From a virus (Duplodnaviria > Caudoviricetes), in the IMG/VR virus record IMGVR_UViG_3300006802_000116, positions 1 through 55,998 of that record: a stretch of 55,998 nt of DNA. The stretch is one strand, 5' to 3'. A program made the translations under genes and the position numbers. Of this stretch, positions 36,430 to 45,233 are shown piece by piece (the stretch's first letter is position 1; every line of letters starts with the position of its first letter). The notes beneath the pieces were generated by a model. It ran no database searches and had not been told where the DNA came from. It saw only the letters and a program-made list of their open reading frames with translations.

Positions 36430-37570
36430 TCGTGCCTGTGAGCTGATCGAGCGTTTCGAGGGGATCGAGACCGAGGCGTATCTTGACCCGGTTGGCGTAC
36501 CGACAATCTGTGCGGGTGTCACGCGCTACCCGAGCGGGGCGCCGGTACGCATGGGAGACATCTGTGATCCACGCATCTGCCGCGCACATTTGGAGTCGCT
36601 GCTGAAGAGGGAGTACCTCCCCGCTGTCTGCTGCATCCCGGGCTGGGGCGAGCTTGGCCGCGAACGTCAGGCCGTGCTGCTCAGCTTCGCGTGGAACATG
36701 GGCGCACGGTTCTATGGCGCGGCCGGCTTTGAGACGATCACGCGCGTATTGCGTGATGGCGCCAAGCGGCCCGAGATCTATGGCCAGATGGCCCAGGCCC
36801 TGGCGTTGTACGTCAATGCCGGCGGTCGCCCCCTGCAGGGTCTGATCGAGCGCCGCAAGCAGGAAGGTGCCATTTGGAATTCAGAAGACAACGGAACCAT
36901 GAAATTCATCGCCAATCAGGACACACTGCTCAAGAAGGCTGCCATCGACAGCCACTACCTCTCGGATGCGGGCAAGCGGCCCTACGCAAAAGGCGAGGTG
37001 TTAGCGGTGACCAAGCTGGAGGAGATCCCGGCTGATAGCCACGCCTGGCTGACGCTGAATGGCAGTGGCGAGCGCTGGGCTGCGTACCTGCCCCACTGGC
37101 GAGAGGAACAGGCCAAGCCAGCGCCGGCCGCAGCCAAGGGAATCGACTGGAGCGATTTTGCCTGCCCCGTCGGTAAGTACATCACCGTTGGCGAGGTCCT
37201 GCAGTACGACGCCCGCAGAAAGCCGGTGCCAGGCAGTGAAGTTGAAAAGGCGATCATTGGCGTCTGCCGCGAGTTTGATGCGATCCGCGAGGCCTGGAGC
37301 GGCCCTCTTGGGGTCACCAGCGGATACCGCCCTGAACCGATCAATAGCCAGGTCGGCGGTGTGCCCAACAGCTATCACGTCAAGGGGATGGCGCTGGACA
37401 TCTATCCGATCGGCGAGTCGCTGCAGAAGTTCCACGAATGGCTAGTGCAGCGATGGAGCGGCGGTTATGGCGATGGCCGCCCGAAGGGCTTCATCCACAT
37501 CGATACGCGCAATGGCGGCAAATTCAGCGCCCGTCCAGGCGTGCGTCCCTCGGCGGTCTGGGATTACTGA
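36404..37570 (+). CDS. Endolysin: GH24 lysozyme plus peptidase M15 domain
   Basis: FEG...AYLDPVGVPTI, LLSFAWNMG, GLIERRKQE; C-terminal TSGYRP..N..VGG..SYHVKGMALDI...FIHID. Confidence 0.88.
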   Translation: MATHPQTLDRACELIERFEGIETEAYLDPVGVPTICAGVTRYPSGAPVRMGDICDPRICRAHLESLLKREYLPAVCCIPGWGELGRERQAVLLSFAWNMGARFYGAAGFETITRVLRDGAKRPEIYGQMAQALALYVNAGGRPLQGLIERRKQEGAIWNSEDNGTMKFIANQDTLLKKAAIDSHYLSDAGKRPYAKGEVLAVTKLEEIPADSHAWLTLNGSGERWAAYLPHWREEQAKPAPAAAKGIDWSDFACPVGKYITVGEVLQYDARRKPVPGSEVEKAIIGVCREFDAIREAWSGPLGVTSGYRPEPINSQVGGVPNSYHVKGMALDIYPIGESLQKFHEWLVQRWSGGYGDGRPKGFIHIDTRNGGKFSARPGVRPSAVWDY

Positions 37571-37599
37571 TCTCGTTAGACTTGCTTTATCTGGCGTAA

Positions 37600-38061
37600 T
37601 TGCGGCGCGCTGTTATGGCGGTCATCGACAAGGTTAATCGCAGAGGCTCCTCTGGCAAGCGCGTACTCACCGGCCCTGGCGAGCTGGTGGGCCCGAAGCC
37701 TGCTACGGCGGCTGTCTTCAACTCCGTCACCCGCATCAACGGTCCGGTCGATTTCTACGAGATCACCGACGGCTCCGGTACCGGGATCGGTAACTACACC
37801 GTGACGATCCGCCCCTTCAGCGAGAACGGCTTTGCCGGCACCTTGAACGGAGTCGGTGACGTAGCGCTGATCAAGCAGACCAACGGCGTCACGACTCCCA
37901 CGGCGGCTGCAACCTTGCTAGGCAAGAAGCGTCCCCGCAATAGCAAGGCATCTGTTGCCTTGGGCCCCTTCACGATGGGCACCAACGACCGCTTGTTTGT
38001 GGCGATTGAGCGCAATGCCGTTTCGACTCTGAAATATCAGATCGAAATCGACAAGGCCTGA
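37600..38061 (+). CDS. Putative structural protein
   Basis: Beta-rich 153-aa ORF. Confidence 0.55.
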   Translation: MRRAVMAVIDKVNRRGSSGKRVLTGPGELVGPKPATAAVFNSVTRINGPVDFYEITDGSGTGIGNYTVTIRPFSENGFAGTLNGVGDVALIKQTNGVTTPTAAATLLGKKRPRNSKASVALGPFTMGTNDRLFVAIERNAVSTLKYQIEIDKA

Positions 38062-38195
38062 TCAGCGCCCCTGACCGCGACTCTTCTTGCGTCCGTGGCT
38101 GGCTTTGCTACTGCGGACGCTTTGCCCTTGACGGGTCTTTTTGACCACCGGATCCTTGTGAATTGCGGCGGTCGGTGATTTCTTGGGCTTGGCCA

Positions 38196-38612
38196 TCAGA
38201 CGAGGCGGATGGCGAGTGCGCCTGAGTTGAACTGCACGGTGTCACCTGCAACCACATCGACTGAGGTGGTCAACGAACCCGATGCCAGGAAGTTGCCGGC
38301 AGTTACCGCATCCCAGACGCCAAAGTGCGTCACGGTCGCACCAGCCGAGGCGTTGGTCGTGATCTGAACAGAGCTGCCGTTGGTGATCTGGAAGCCACCA
38401 CCGGAGGCCGCGCCGACCACGCTGAAGGTCGAGGTCGTGATGGCGGTGCGGTTGGCACTGCCTGTAATTGTGGTCTGTACGTTATTCGCAGTCCCTGCGG
38501 TGCCGGGGTCGCCGGAATGCAGGCTCACGTAGACAGTCGACAGCGCAGTCGGGAAGGTCGTCCCTTTGATCCAGACGAGAATCTTGTCGGCAAGATACTG
38601 GGAAAACGCCAT
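38196..38612 (-). CDS. Phage tail/fibre-associated small beta protein
   Basis: FSQYL...VYVSLHSGDPG...VTHFGVWDAVTAGNFL..G.L...V.AGD pattern common in phage tail proteins; TAGAAT upstream on the minus strand. Confidence 0.7.
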   Translation of the reverse strand: MAFSQYLADKILVWIKGTTFPTALSTVYVSLHSGDPGTAGTANNVQTTITGSANRTAITTSTFSVVGAASGGGFQITNGSSVQITTNASAGATVTHFGVWDAVTAGNFLASGSLTTSVDVVAGDTVQFNSGALAIRLV

Positions 38613-38672
38613 GTCCCGTCCGGACTACCTATGGGCAACAGTTGGATTCTAGGAAGCCAGATCGAGTGCCGA

Positions 38673-39503
38673 TCAGTAGCCGTAGCCGCCGCCGCCTGAC
38701 GCTGTTCGTGTCAGCGTAGCCGTGCTGGTATTGGCTCCAGATGCAGTGCCATTCAGGCGCCAGTTCATCATCAGGCGCCCAGAGGGAAGCCCCTGGCCAA
38801 GAGCAACGCCGCGCATGATGGCCAGCGTGACCAGAGTGATAGGCGCAGAGCCTGTGGCCGAAGTACTGGTAGAGAGGTTCTTGATGGTGACCGGCCGCAC
38901 CAGGGTGCCGCTGGCTGGCGCAGTACCAAGCGCGGGACCTGCAACCTTGCTGAGCGGGAAGCGGCCGGAGGGAGTAAACGTGCCACCTCCAGTGCCCGCA
39001 AGCAGCGCGTAGCGACCCGCGTAAACCGTGATGGCGTACGGCAGAGGTTGCCACTGATCGCAGGCCACCGTGACGTAATACACGCCTGCGGGGAGCCGAG
39101 CATAGGACTCGTCAACATCCGTGTTGTGGATGTCGTTGAGGAAGGCGTAACCGTCCTCCGTGAGTGGCAGTGGGCGCCGATCGCCGTCGAGGACGCCAAC
39201 GCGGACTAGGCGGTCTGTCGTTGCGCCGGTCGCACGCTTGCGGACCCGCAGCTCCAGGTCTCGAGCCAGTTCGACTTTGACGTAGATCGTGTTGGTGCCG
39301 CTGTGGCCGCCGACTGTTCCCTCAACATCGGCAATCAGGATTTCGGTGCGGCCGAGGTCCTTGGCTTTGGTGACGGCGTTGTACTGAACGTAATACGGCC
39401 TGAGGAAGGATGACGATGTGACATCACTGCCGCCGTAACTGGTGCGTATGGCTTCGTACGTCTCTGACTGCGATGCTGTCGTCATAGGTCGTACACCAGG
39501 CAC
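38673..39503 (-). CDS. Putative structural protein
   Basis: 276 aa, LPAGVYYVTV beta-sandwich motif, Thr/Gly-rich tail. Confidence 0.55.
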   Translation of the reverse strand: MPGVRPMTTASQSETYEAIRTSYGGSDVTSSSFLRPYYVQYNAVTKAKDLGRTEILIADVEGTVGGHSGTNTIYVKVELARDLELRVRKRATGATTDRLVRVGVLDGDRRPLPLTEDGYAFLNDIHNTDVDESYARLPAGVYYVTVACDQWQPLPYAITVYAGRYALLAGTGGGTFTPSGRFPLSKVAGPALGTAPASGTLVRPVTIKNLSTSTSATGSAPITLVTLAIMRGVALGQGLPSGRLMMNWRLNGTASGANTSTATLTRTASGGGGYGY

Positions 39504-39646
39504 TCTGGCGCTGATGGATTGTCATCGCAGAAATCCAGGAACTTACGCCTGAGACCCGAGTCTTCGCAGACATTGGACTCCCTCTGCCGGGCAGGTTGCG
39601 CTGCTCCGTCGGGCTGATCATCCACCGGTAGCGCGCGACCCGACAT
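39482..39646 (-). CDS. cp12: CP12-like protein (C-terminal domain only)
   Basis: FCDDNPSAPECLVYD is the CP12 C-terminal Cys-pair motif; no AWD.VEEL core; likely start at 39646. Confidence 0.7.
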   Translation of the reverse strand: MSGRALPVDDQPDGAAQPARQRESNVCEDSGLRRKFLDFCDDNPSAPECLVYDL

Positions 39647-39825
39647 ATAATCCCCGGGTATATGGCGCCATGCTAAAGGAATAGGCGGCGACTTCCGCAA
39701 AACCAGGCGCCGCCGCACGCTGATCAGACGCACGGCGGATCACTTTCCAGTCCGGGGAAACGGCAAAAATCCGGACTCCTGGGAGTAAGGCCCCTGACGC
39801 CGTTCTTCTTCGGGGCATCTCTACG

Positions 39826-40416
39826 CTAGCGACGGCGTGATGGCAGCACATAAAGCGATGGCGTTCGGTGCGGCGGCAAGTACGGGCGCAGCCAATTCTT
39901 CACTTTGGACGTCTCTTCGATCGGGAATGAGATTGTTGATGCCGGTCCCTCGACTTCTCGGTTGTCGATCGGAATCCCCTGCGCCTCAAGCCAGCGGCAT
40001 ACGACATCGCGGTCATCTTTAAGACGGCGATGCTCGATGTGCAGCCCCTTGCTCCGCTCGCAGCCACCCTGGGTCCATAGGGCGGCGACTAGGTGGCGAG
40101 CGCCAATCTCCATGGCCTCCGCGCTCAGGTGGCGGCAGTCGCGTGGGTAGAGCAGCTCATACACCCGGTAAAGCTCTGGACTATGAAAGCGCAGGCGATG
40201 AACGTCGTAGAAGCTCTCCCCAGGCACGATGTCATACACCAGATCCAAAGGGCCGTCATGCGCTGAACGAAGCCGCCGACCGATGTAGCGCAGATAGGTT
40301 CGATCGCGCTCGCAGAGGCGAATCTCAAGCCATGGCCGCTTCTTCGCGCCCTTCAGTGCAAGCGTCCCGTAAACGGCGCTGTAGCTCAGTGCGAGCGCTA
40401 CGAAATGCGCTGACAT
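39826..40416 (-). CDS. Degenerate free-standing LAGLIDADG-like protein
   Basis: RFHSPELYRVYELLYP...HLS.E.ME...AALWTQGG resembles the I-SceI-type fold; acidic catalytic residues absent. Confidence 0.55.
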   Translation of the reverse strand: MSAHFVALALSYSAVYGTLALKGAKKRPWLEIRLCERDRTYLRYIGRRLRSAHDGPLDLVYDIVPGESFYDVHRLRFHSPELYRVYELLYPRDCRHLSAEAMEIGARHLVAALWTQGGCERSKGLHIEHRRLKDDRDVVCRWLEAQGIPIDNREVEGPASTISFPIEETSKVKNWLRPYLPPHRTPSLYVLPSRRR

Positions 40417-41017
40417 CCCAGATGCCCTCTTGGAATAGGTGCTGACGAGTGATCGGTGCGTACGGTTTCAGGGCCTGGCGGATCTTGCTGCATTGCTCAG
40501 CAGGGAACGCCAGCCTTGGCCGCACAAGGGCCAAGCTGACCTCGGATCGAGCCCCGGTCAGCATCACTAGCCAGTCGCGTACTAACTCGGCCTCCTGCTG
40601 ACTGCCCCCGACCCGGGCGAGTTGTGCGCTGCCGTCTTTGCTCAGCCGAGCCCCCTCCGACCAGAGCCACGCCGCCGCCTGCGCCCCCAGCATCTCAAGC
40701 GCGGTCGACGTGATAGACCGCTGCCGGCCCGGGTAGAGCAGGTTGTAGATCGGGAACAACTTGGCCGATGACACCCGAAAGCGCAGCGCCAGGGTGCGCT
40801 TGCCGTTGTCCCGCAACGTGCACCCGTAGGGGACAATTTCCGCCTTGGTCGGCAGGAATTGGCGGAATTCGGCGACCTTCTCCTCCAGGAACGCCGACTC
40901 CGAGACCCCCGCTGTCAGCGTCAACTGGACAAAACCGCCGCCTGGACTGCGATATGGGACGAGGTTGCCATCAGCAAGGAGCAGGCCAAGCAGTCCGCGG
41001 ACGTCTGCTGGGTCCAA
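40325..41017 (-). CDS. Free-standing LAGLIDADG homing endonuclease-like protein
   Basis: GLLGLLLADGNL first motif; FRVSSAKLFPIYNLLYP...ITSTALEML...AAWLWSEG second motif. Confidence 0.72.
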   Translation of the reverse strand: MDPADVRGLLGLLLADGNLVPYRSPGGGFVQLTLTAGVSESAFLEEKVAEFRQFLPTKAEIVPYGCTLRDNGKRTLALRFRVSSAKLFPIYNLLYPGRQRSITSTALEMLGAQAAAWLWSEGARLSKDGSAQLARVGGSQQEAELVRDWLVMLTGARSEVSLALVRPRLAFPAEQCSKIRQALKPYAPITRQHLFQEGIWDVSAFRSARTELQRRLRDACTEGREEAAMA

Positions 41018-41110
41018 ATTTGTACCCTATAAAACTGCACTATAGTAAGGCGCAGAGGGCAGCTCGCCTGCTCTCTCGCTCGCCTTACCCTCTTCGGAGC
41101 ATTTGATCCC

Positions 41111-44027
41111 ATGTGGATTGACAATGACTTCCCGAAGCTGTTAGGTGCCGAGCTGTACCGGCCTCACCCGAGTTATATCGTGGAGATGGCTGTTGAGCCT
41201 GTCGTAGTACACGACTTTGCAAAACAGCCGGGGCAGACTGTACAGCTTGACCGTTAATTGACTGGTTAGCGGTCATTAAATCCCGTGAATTCAGGGAACC
41301 CCTCCTAAGCTTTAATCGGCAGTAGCCGAGAACCTCGACAAGGAAAGCCGGAATATCGGCAGCATCTTTTATGCATCTCGGCTCTGCCTGGATGTTGGGG
41401 AATCCTGAGCCAAGCCGCCTGGGAACAGGTGGAAGGTGCAACGACTAGGTCATGGAGTCCAGGACGGACGGTAAAGACCCACGAGCGCGGGACGGTCGCA
41501 CGGCCGAAGAGATAGTCTGACCTGCATCAATGGAAAAGATGCAGAACCATCGGATAAAGAGCCGATGGGGTAACAATGTGTACCGCTTCTGGGGAGCACC
41601 GGGCACCAAGGACAGCCGTGAACGCACGGCTGATCAAACCCTTGGCACCGCCTCTTCTCGCAGTATTGTCAAGGACAAGGTTCTTGTATCCCTTAAGGAA
41701 TACACGGGCCCCGCAGATCCTACCGATACTGCTGCACCGAGCACTTTCAAGATTGCTCGCGAAACCCTGCTTACCGCCCAGCGTCTTCTGCTGGATACCG
41801 GTAACCTGAACGTCTTCCATCAATCGATTGGAAGTCTAACTCTGCTTGATGACTCGGCCGAAAGGCTAGTGGTCGCCTAGGCGGAAACGCTTAGGGCAAT
41901 ACGGGGTGAATTGCTGGGAGCCCTTTCCGATCATGCCAGCGATCGGAGGAGGGTCAGGAGCTACAACGCAGCCCGGAAGGGCAATCGTGAACGCCTGAAA
42001 ATCCTGATACCGCATGGGTTATCAGCAGCCAAGCCAGACCACAATCTGGAAGGTTCAACGACTAGGTCCCGAGAGGCAACTCGGTAACGGACCCACGAGC
42101 GCCCCGCACCTGTACCTTGTTAACTGAAGAAGATTCTGTACTTTCGTTCAAGACGAAAGACCCCCTCCGTCGTGCCTTCGTAAAGAATGCGAGCCAAGGC
42201 AATGGCGTTGTCTGCATACCAACGCAAGACGTAGGTATTGCGGTCGCGACCCAGGGACGTTGCTCGCGGGAGGACTGAATCAGCCCACGCTTTGCAGCCG
42301 AGAGCGAAATGCTCACTGGCTGTAGTGATCTGGGCTGCCAATGCTCCACACGAGCGCCGCCCCACGGAACCGTCGCCATCGAAGACCCCCCTGACGTAGT
42401 GACTGACAAACTCACTCGGCAGATCCGGCCACTCGAGGGTTCGAGACTTCCGGGGCGTGACACCATGCCGGATCAAGTCTGCTGCCATTGCTGGACTAGT
42501 GAATTTCACCTGCAGCATCGGCGACCCTTTTCGGGTTCGCAGAGGCACGCCAGGGAAGCCCACGCATTCGGCATATTGCTCTAGAGCTTGGCGATCTCGC
42601 TCGTGGAGGGCAAAGCCGACTCCTCGAGGTACGTTGTTCTCGGTCACGATCCAGCCATCGGCGGATAGGAAGCCGAGCCAGTACACCTTCTGGGGCGCGT
42701 CAAGCTCCCCGAAGAAGTCCTCGTGGACCTCGCGGCGGTAACTCACGGCTCGACGGGCTCCGGGCTTTCGCTCATACGCATCGTCGTACTTGCGGCGTCC
42801 GTGTTTCTGAGCGAAAGATCGCACACCGGCCGCCTTCCGATGGTGGGTAGCAGCAGTCCGGGACAGCCCGTACAGCTCTCCAATCTCCTTATCGGAGAGC
42901 ACGTCGGTCAAGCCGTCAAGCGCCTCGCGCGAAAGGGCATTTAGAGGGATCTTCAACAAGACAAGAATGGTGAAGATATAGTCTAACCTTGCTCGATGAC
43001 AAAGAGCAAGCGTGCGGATAAAGAGCCGCGCGGCCCTTTGGGGCACTGGTGACCGTCGCTGGCGCGACCGTGTATTCGCCGATGAGCTGTTCAAAGCTGA
43101 AGCCAATGGCGCAGCTGACAGCACCAAGGGTGGTTACTACTACCCGCTGAAAAAGGCAAAGGCCGCTTCTGCGCCTTTCCTGACCTACGCAGCCGGTGAA
43201 TCTGCCAAGTTTGATGTCAAGACCGACCTCCTCGAGGTGGTCAAGGACATGCGGAAGCGTAACGTGCCTGGAACATGGGCCTGTACGGCGTGAGTCGTAC
43301 AGCAAACAGGGTGAATTGCTGGAACCCCTCCACTACACGGGGAATCAGCAGCCAAGCCAGACCACAATCTGGAAGGTTCAACGACTAGGTCCCGAGAGGT
43401 AACTCAGTAATGGACCCACGAGTGCCCTGCTACTCCATCGAGTAGATGAGATAGTCTGACCTCGCAGGATGGCAAACTGCGAGAACCGAGGGATAAAGAA
43501 CCCTCGGGGTAACAAAAGTGACGTTCGCTGACGGCTACTACCGCTGCATCGCGGATCCTACCGCGATGATGCACCTGCGCCAGAACGATGCGTTCCGTGA
43601 GATCGCTCGTTACGCTGGCAACGGCATGGTGAACCCCATGCAGCCCGAGTTGGCTCCTAACGCCAACTTCTTCCGTGGCATGGGTCCCGCCTATGGCCAG
43701 GCCGGCTTTGTTGCTGGTCAGCCCGTGATGCCGTCTGGCTTTTTATTTGAGGGCGTCCGCTGGTTCGAGAGCACCAACCTGCCCGAGAAGAGCCTGCAGG
43801 TGACCATCACCGACGCGTCGATCACCTCGACCGTCACCACTGCTGCTCCGATGCTGTTCTTCGGTCCTCAGGCCGTGGGCGTGGGCATCGGCGGCAACAA
43901 CGCTCAGATCCTGCTGAACAACAACGACGATTTCAGTCGTTTCATCATCATGATCTGGTCGCTTTTCGCCGGTTTCGAGATCCTGAACAAGGACTTCGTG
44001 ACCGTCGCTTACTCCTTCGTTTACTGA
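41111..44027 (+). CDS. Major capsid protein, 4 exons: 41111-41254, 41581-41854, 43052-43269, 43521-44027 (380 aa spliced)
   Basis: Exons total 1143 nt in one frame: MWIDNDFPKLLG...QPGQTVQLDR|YRFW...LLDD(Y)RRWRDRVF...KRNVP|TFADGYY...FEGVRWFESTN...AYSFVY. Confidence 0.88.
41255..41580 (+). ncRNA. Group I intron 1 in the capsid gene (no ORF)
   Basis: Exon ends in U, P1 gaccgU/Gcggtc wobble, P4 gaattcagg/cctgag, R acgactag, S aagagatagtc, terminal G. Confidence 0.9.
41855..43051 (+). mobile_element. Group I intron 2 in the capsid gene, carrying a homing endonuclease gene
   Basis: P1 gacU/Ggtc, P aattgctg, Q atcagcag, R acgactag, S aagatatagtc, terminal G at 43051. Confidence 0.9.
42120..42959 (-). 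CDS. Intron-encoded double-motif LAGLIDADG endonuclease, antisense to the intron
   Basis: YWLGFLSADG and YVRGVFDGDGSV motifs; N-terminal HTH-like SDKEIGELYGLS; probable TTG start at 42959 or 42956. Confidence 0.85.
   Translation of the reverse strand: MLKIPLNALSREALDGLTDVLSDKEIGELYGLSRTAATHHRKAAGVRSFAQKHGRRKYDDAYERKPGARRAVSYRREVHEDFFGELDAPQKVYWLGFLSADGWIVTENNVPRGVGFALHERDRQALEQYAECVGFPGVPLRTRKGSPMLQVKFTSPAMAADLIRHGVTPRKSRTLEWPDLPSEFVSHYVRGVFDGDGSVGRRSCGALAAQITTASEHFALGCKAWADSVLPRATSLGRDRNTYVLRWYADNAIALARILYEGTTEGVFRLERKYRIFFS
43270..43520 (+). ncRNA. Group I intron 3 in the capsid gene (no ORF)
   Basis: P1 gccU/Gggc, P aattgctg, Q aatcagcag, R acgactag, S gagatagtc, terminal G at 43520. Confidence 0.9.
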
Positions 44028-44043
44028 TAGGAGGTAACGAATC

Positions 44044-44691
44044 ATGGCGAAGAGCATCTACCCCGGTAACTACGTCAACCGACTGAGCTCCTACCAGGGC
44101 CAGCCGGTGATCGCCCTGCCGGGTCGCGCTTACTACCATCTGACCGGCTACGCGCTCGTGACCTCCGCGGGTGCCACCAGTTTTGATGTGATCATCCCCT
44201 CGCCCGACCTGCGGGCGGATGACAAGCCCCGCGCCAACATCACCGGCCTGGTGGTGCCCGTGGGTGCCAAGGTCTACCAGCTGGGCATTCGCGTGCCCGA
44301 CATGCGCAAGGATCGCGGCGTCGGCACTGCCACTAGCGGCCTGGTTGGCACTAACACCAACCGGCTGAAGCTGGCGAGCGCCGTCGGCACGACCGCCACC
44401 GGTCAGATCGCTGCAACCGCCCTCGGTACCGACTCGTCGGCCGTGGCCGTGGCGAGCACGACCGTGGCTCCTGTGCAGAGCGCCTTTGGTGCGATCACCC
44501 CCGTGGCGATCACCGGCAGCGCCCTGACCCTGAAGGTCTATGTGACCGACAGTACCGGCACTGCGGCTGGTTCCAACCTGACCTCGACCCAAACCGGCGG
44601 CACGCCGATCATCGTGGAAGTCGCGTACTACCTCGATGACGACATTGCCGACCTGAACGAGGTGGCTGTGCCTTACATCACTGAGAGCTGA
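44044..44691 (+). CDS. Capsid decoration/minor capsid protein (putative)
   Basis: Strong RBS (aggagg) right after the capsid gene; Thr/Ala-rich beta protein. Confidence 0.6.
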   Translation: MAKSIYPGNYVNRLSSYQGQPVIALPGRAYYHLTGYALVTSAGATSFDVIIPSPDLRADDKPRANITGLVVPVGAKVYQLGIRVPDMRKDRGVGTATSGLVGTNTNRLKLASAVGTTATGQIAATALGTDSSAVAVASTTVAPVQSAFGAITPVAITGSALTLKVYVTDSTGTAAGSNLTSTQTGGTPIIVEVAYYLDDDIADLNEVAVPYITES

Positions 44692-44727
44692 GGCACGTGA
44701 CCCTGCTAGACGGGGTCTTTACAATGA

Positions 44728-44762
44728 GGGCGTCTGAATGATCAGGCGCCCTTTTTTGTTTC
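44728..44762 (+). terminator. Rho-independent terminator after the capsid genes
   Basis: gggcgtctga/tcaggcgccc hairpin plus tttttt. Confidence 0.7.
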
Positions 44763-44765
44763 GCT

Positions 44766-45197
44766 ATGGCGCTGTACCAGAACCTGAAGAACGGTCAGAT
44801 TGTCGAGTTCATCGCCCATCACGACAAGGATTGGGCCATGATCCGCAATTCGACGGGCTCGATCCAATACATCGCTCTCGCCGACCTGGTGTCGTACGAG
44901 CCCGGCAAGGGCCGCACCGGCGAGACGCCCAAGCCTCAGTCGGCGGAAACACCGCTCGATGAGGACACCATTCCCGAGTCCGTCATTCCCGTCGACACTC
45001 GCTTGAACATCAATGCCGCGAGTGCCGAGGCGATTGCCAAGGCCGTCAAGGGCATCGGCTACTCGACCGCGAAGAAGATTGTGGAGTTGCGCCTGAGCCT
45101 CTCCGGCGAACGGTTTAGCAACCTGGATCAGCTCAAGCGCATTGGCCGTGTGGACTGGGATCAGGTACTGGCTGAAGATCTGATCTATATCGGCTGA
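44766..45197 (+). CDS. Helix-hairpin-helix (ComEA-like) DNA-binding protein
   Basis: LNINAASAEAI...KGIG.STAKKIVE.R...F..LDQLKRI. Confidence 0.8.
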   Translation: MALYQNLKNGQIVEFIAHHDKDWAMIRNSTGSIQYIALADLVSYEPGKGRTGETPKPQSAETPLDEDTIPESVIPVDTRLNINAASAEAIAKAVKGIGYSTAKKIVELRLSLSGERFSNLDQLKRIGRVDWDQVLAEDLIYIG

Positions 45198-45233
45198 GCT
45201 TCTTAGAATCTGAAGAGATCGGCGGCACCTGTC

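Noticed and set aside
42120-42959. Intein in the capsid protein
   Set aside because: The endonuclease is on the opposite strand and there are no Cys/Ser...His-Asn splicing motifs in the capsid frame.
42960-43127. N-terminal 56 aa of the called 335-aa antisense ORF
   Set aside because: It overlaps intron core elements and capsid exon 3; the real start is more likely TTG at 42959 or 42956.
41530-43293. ORF-track calls 41530..41880, 43012..43293 and 43518..44027 as separate genes, or as a capsid pseudogene
   Set aside because: They are exons with intron-derived ends; precise group I splice sites restore one frame.
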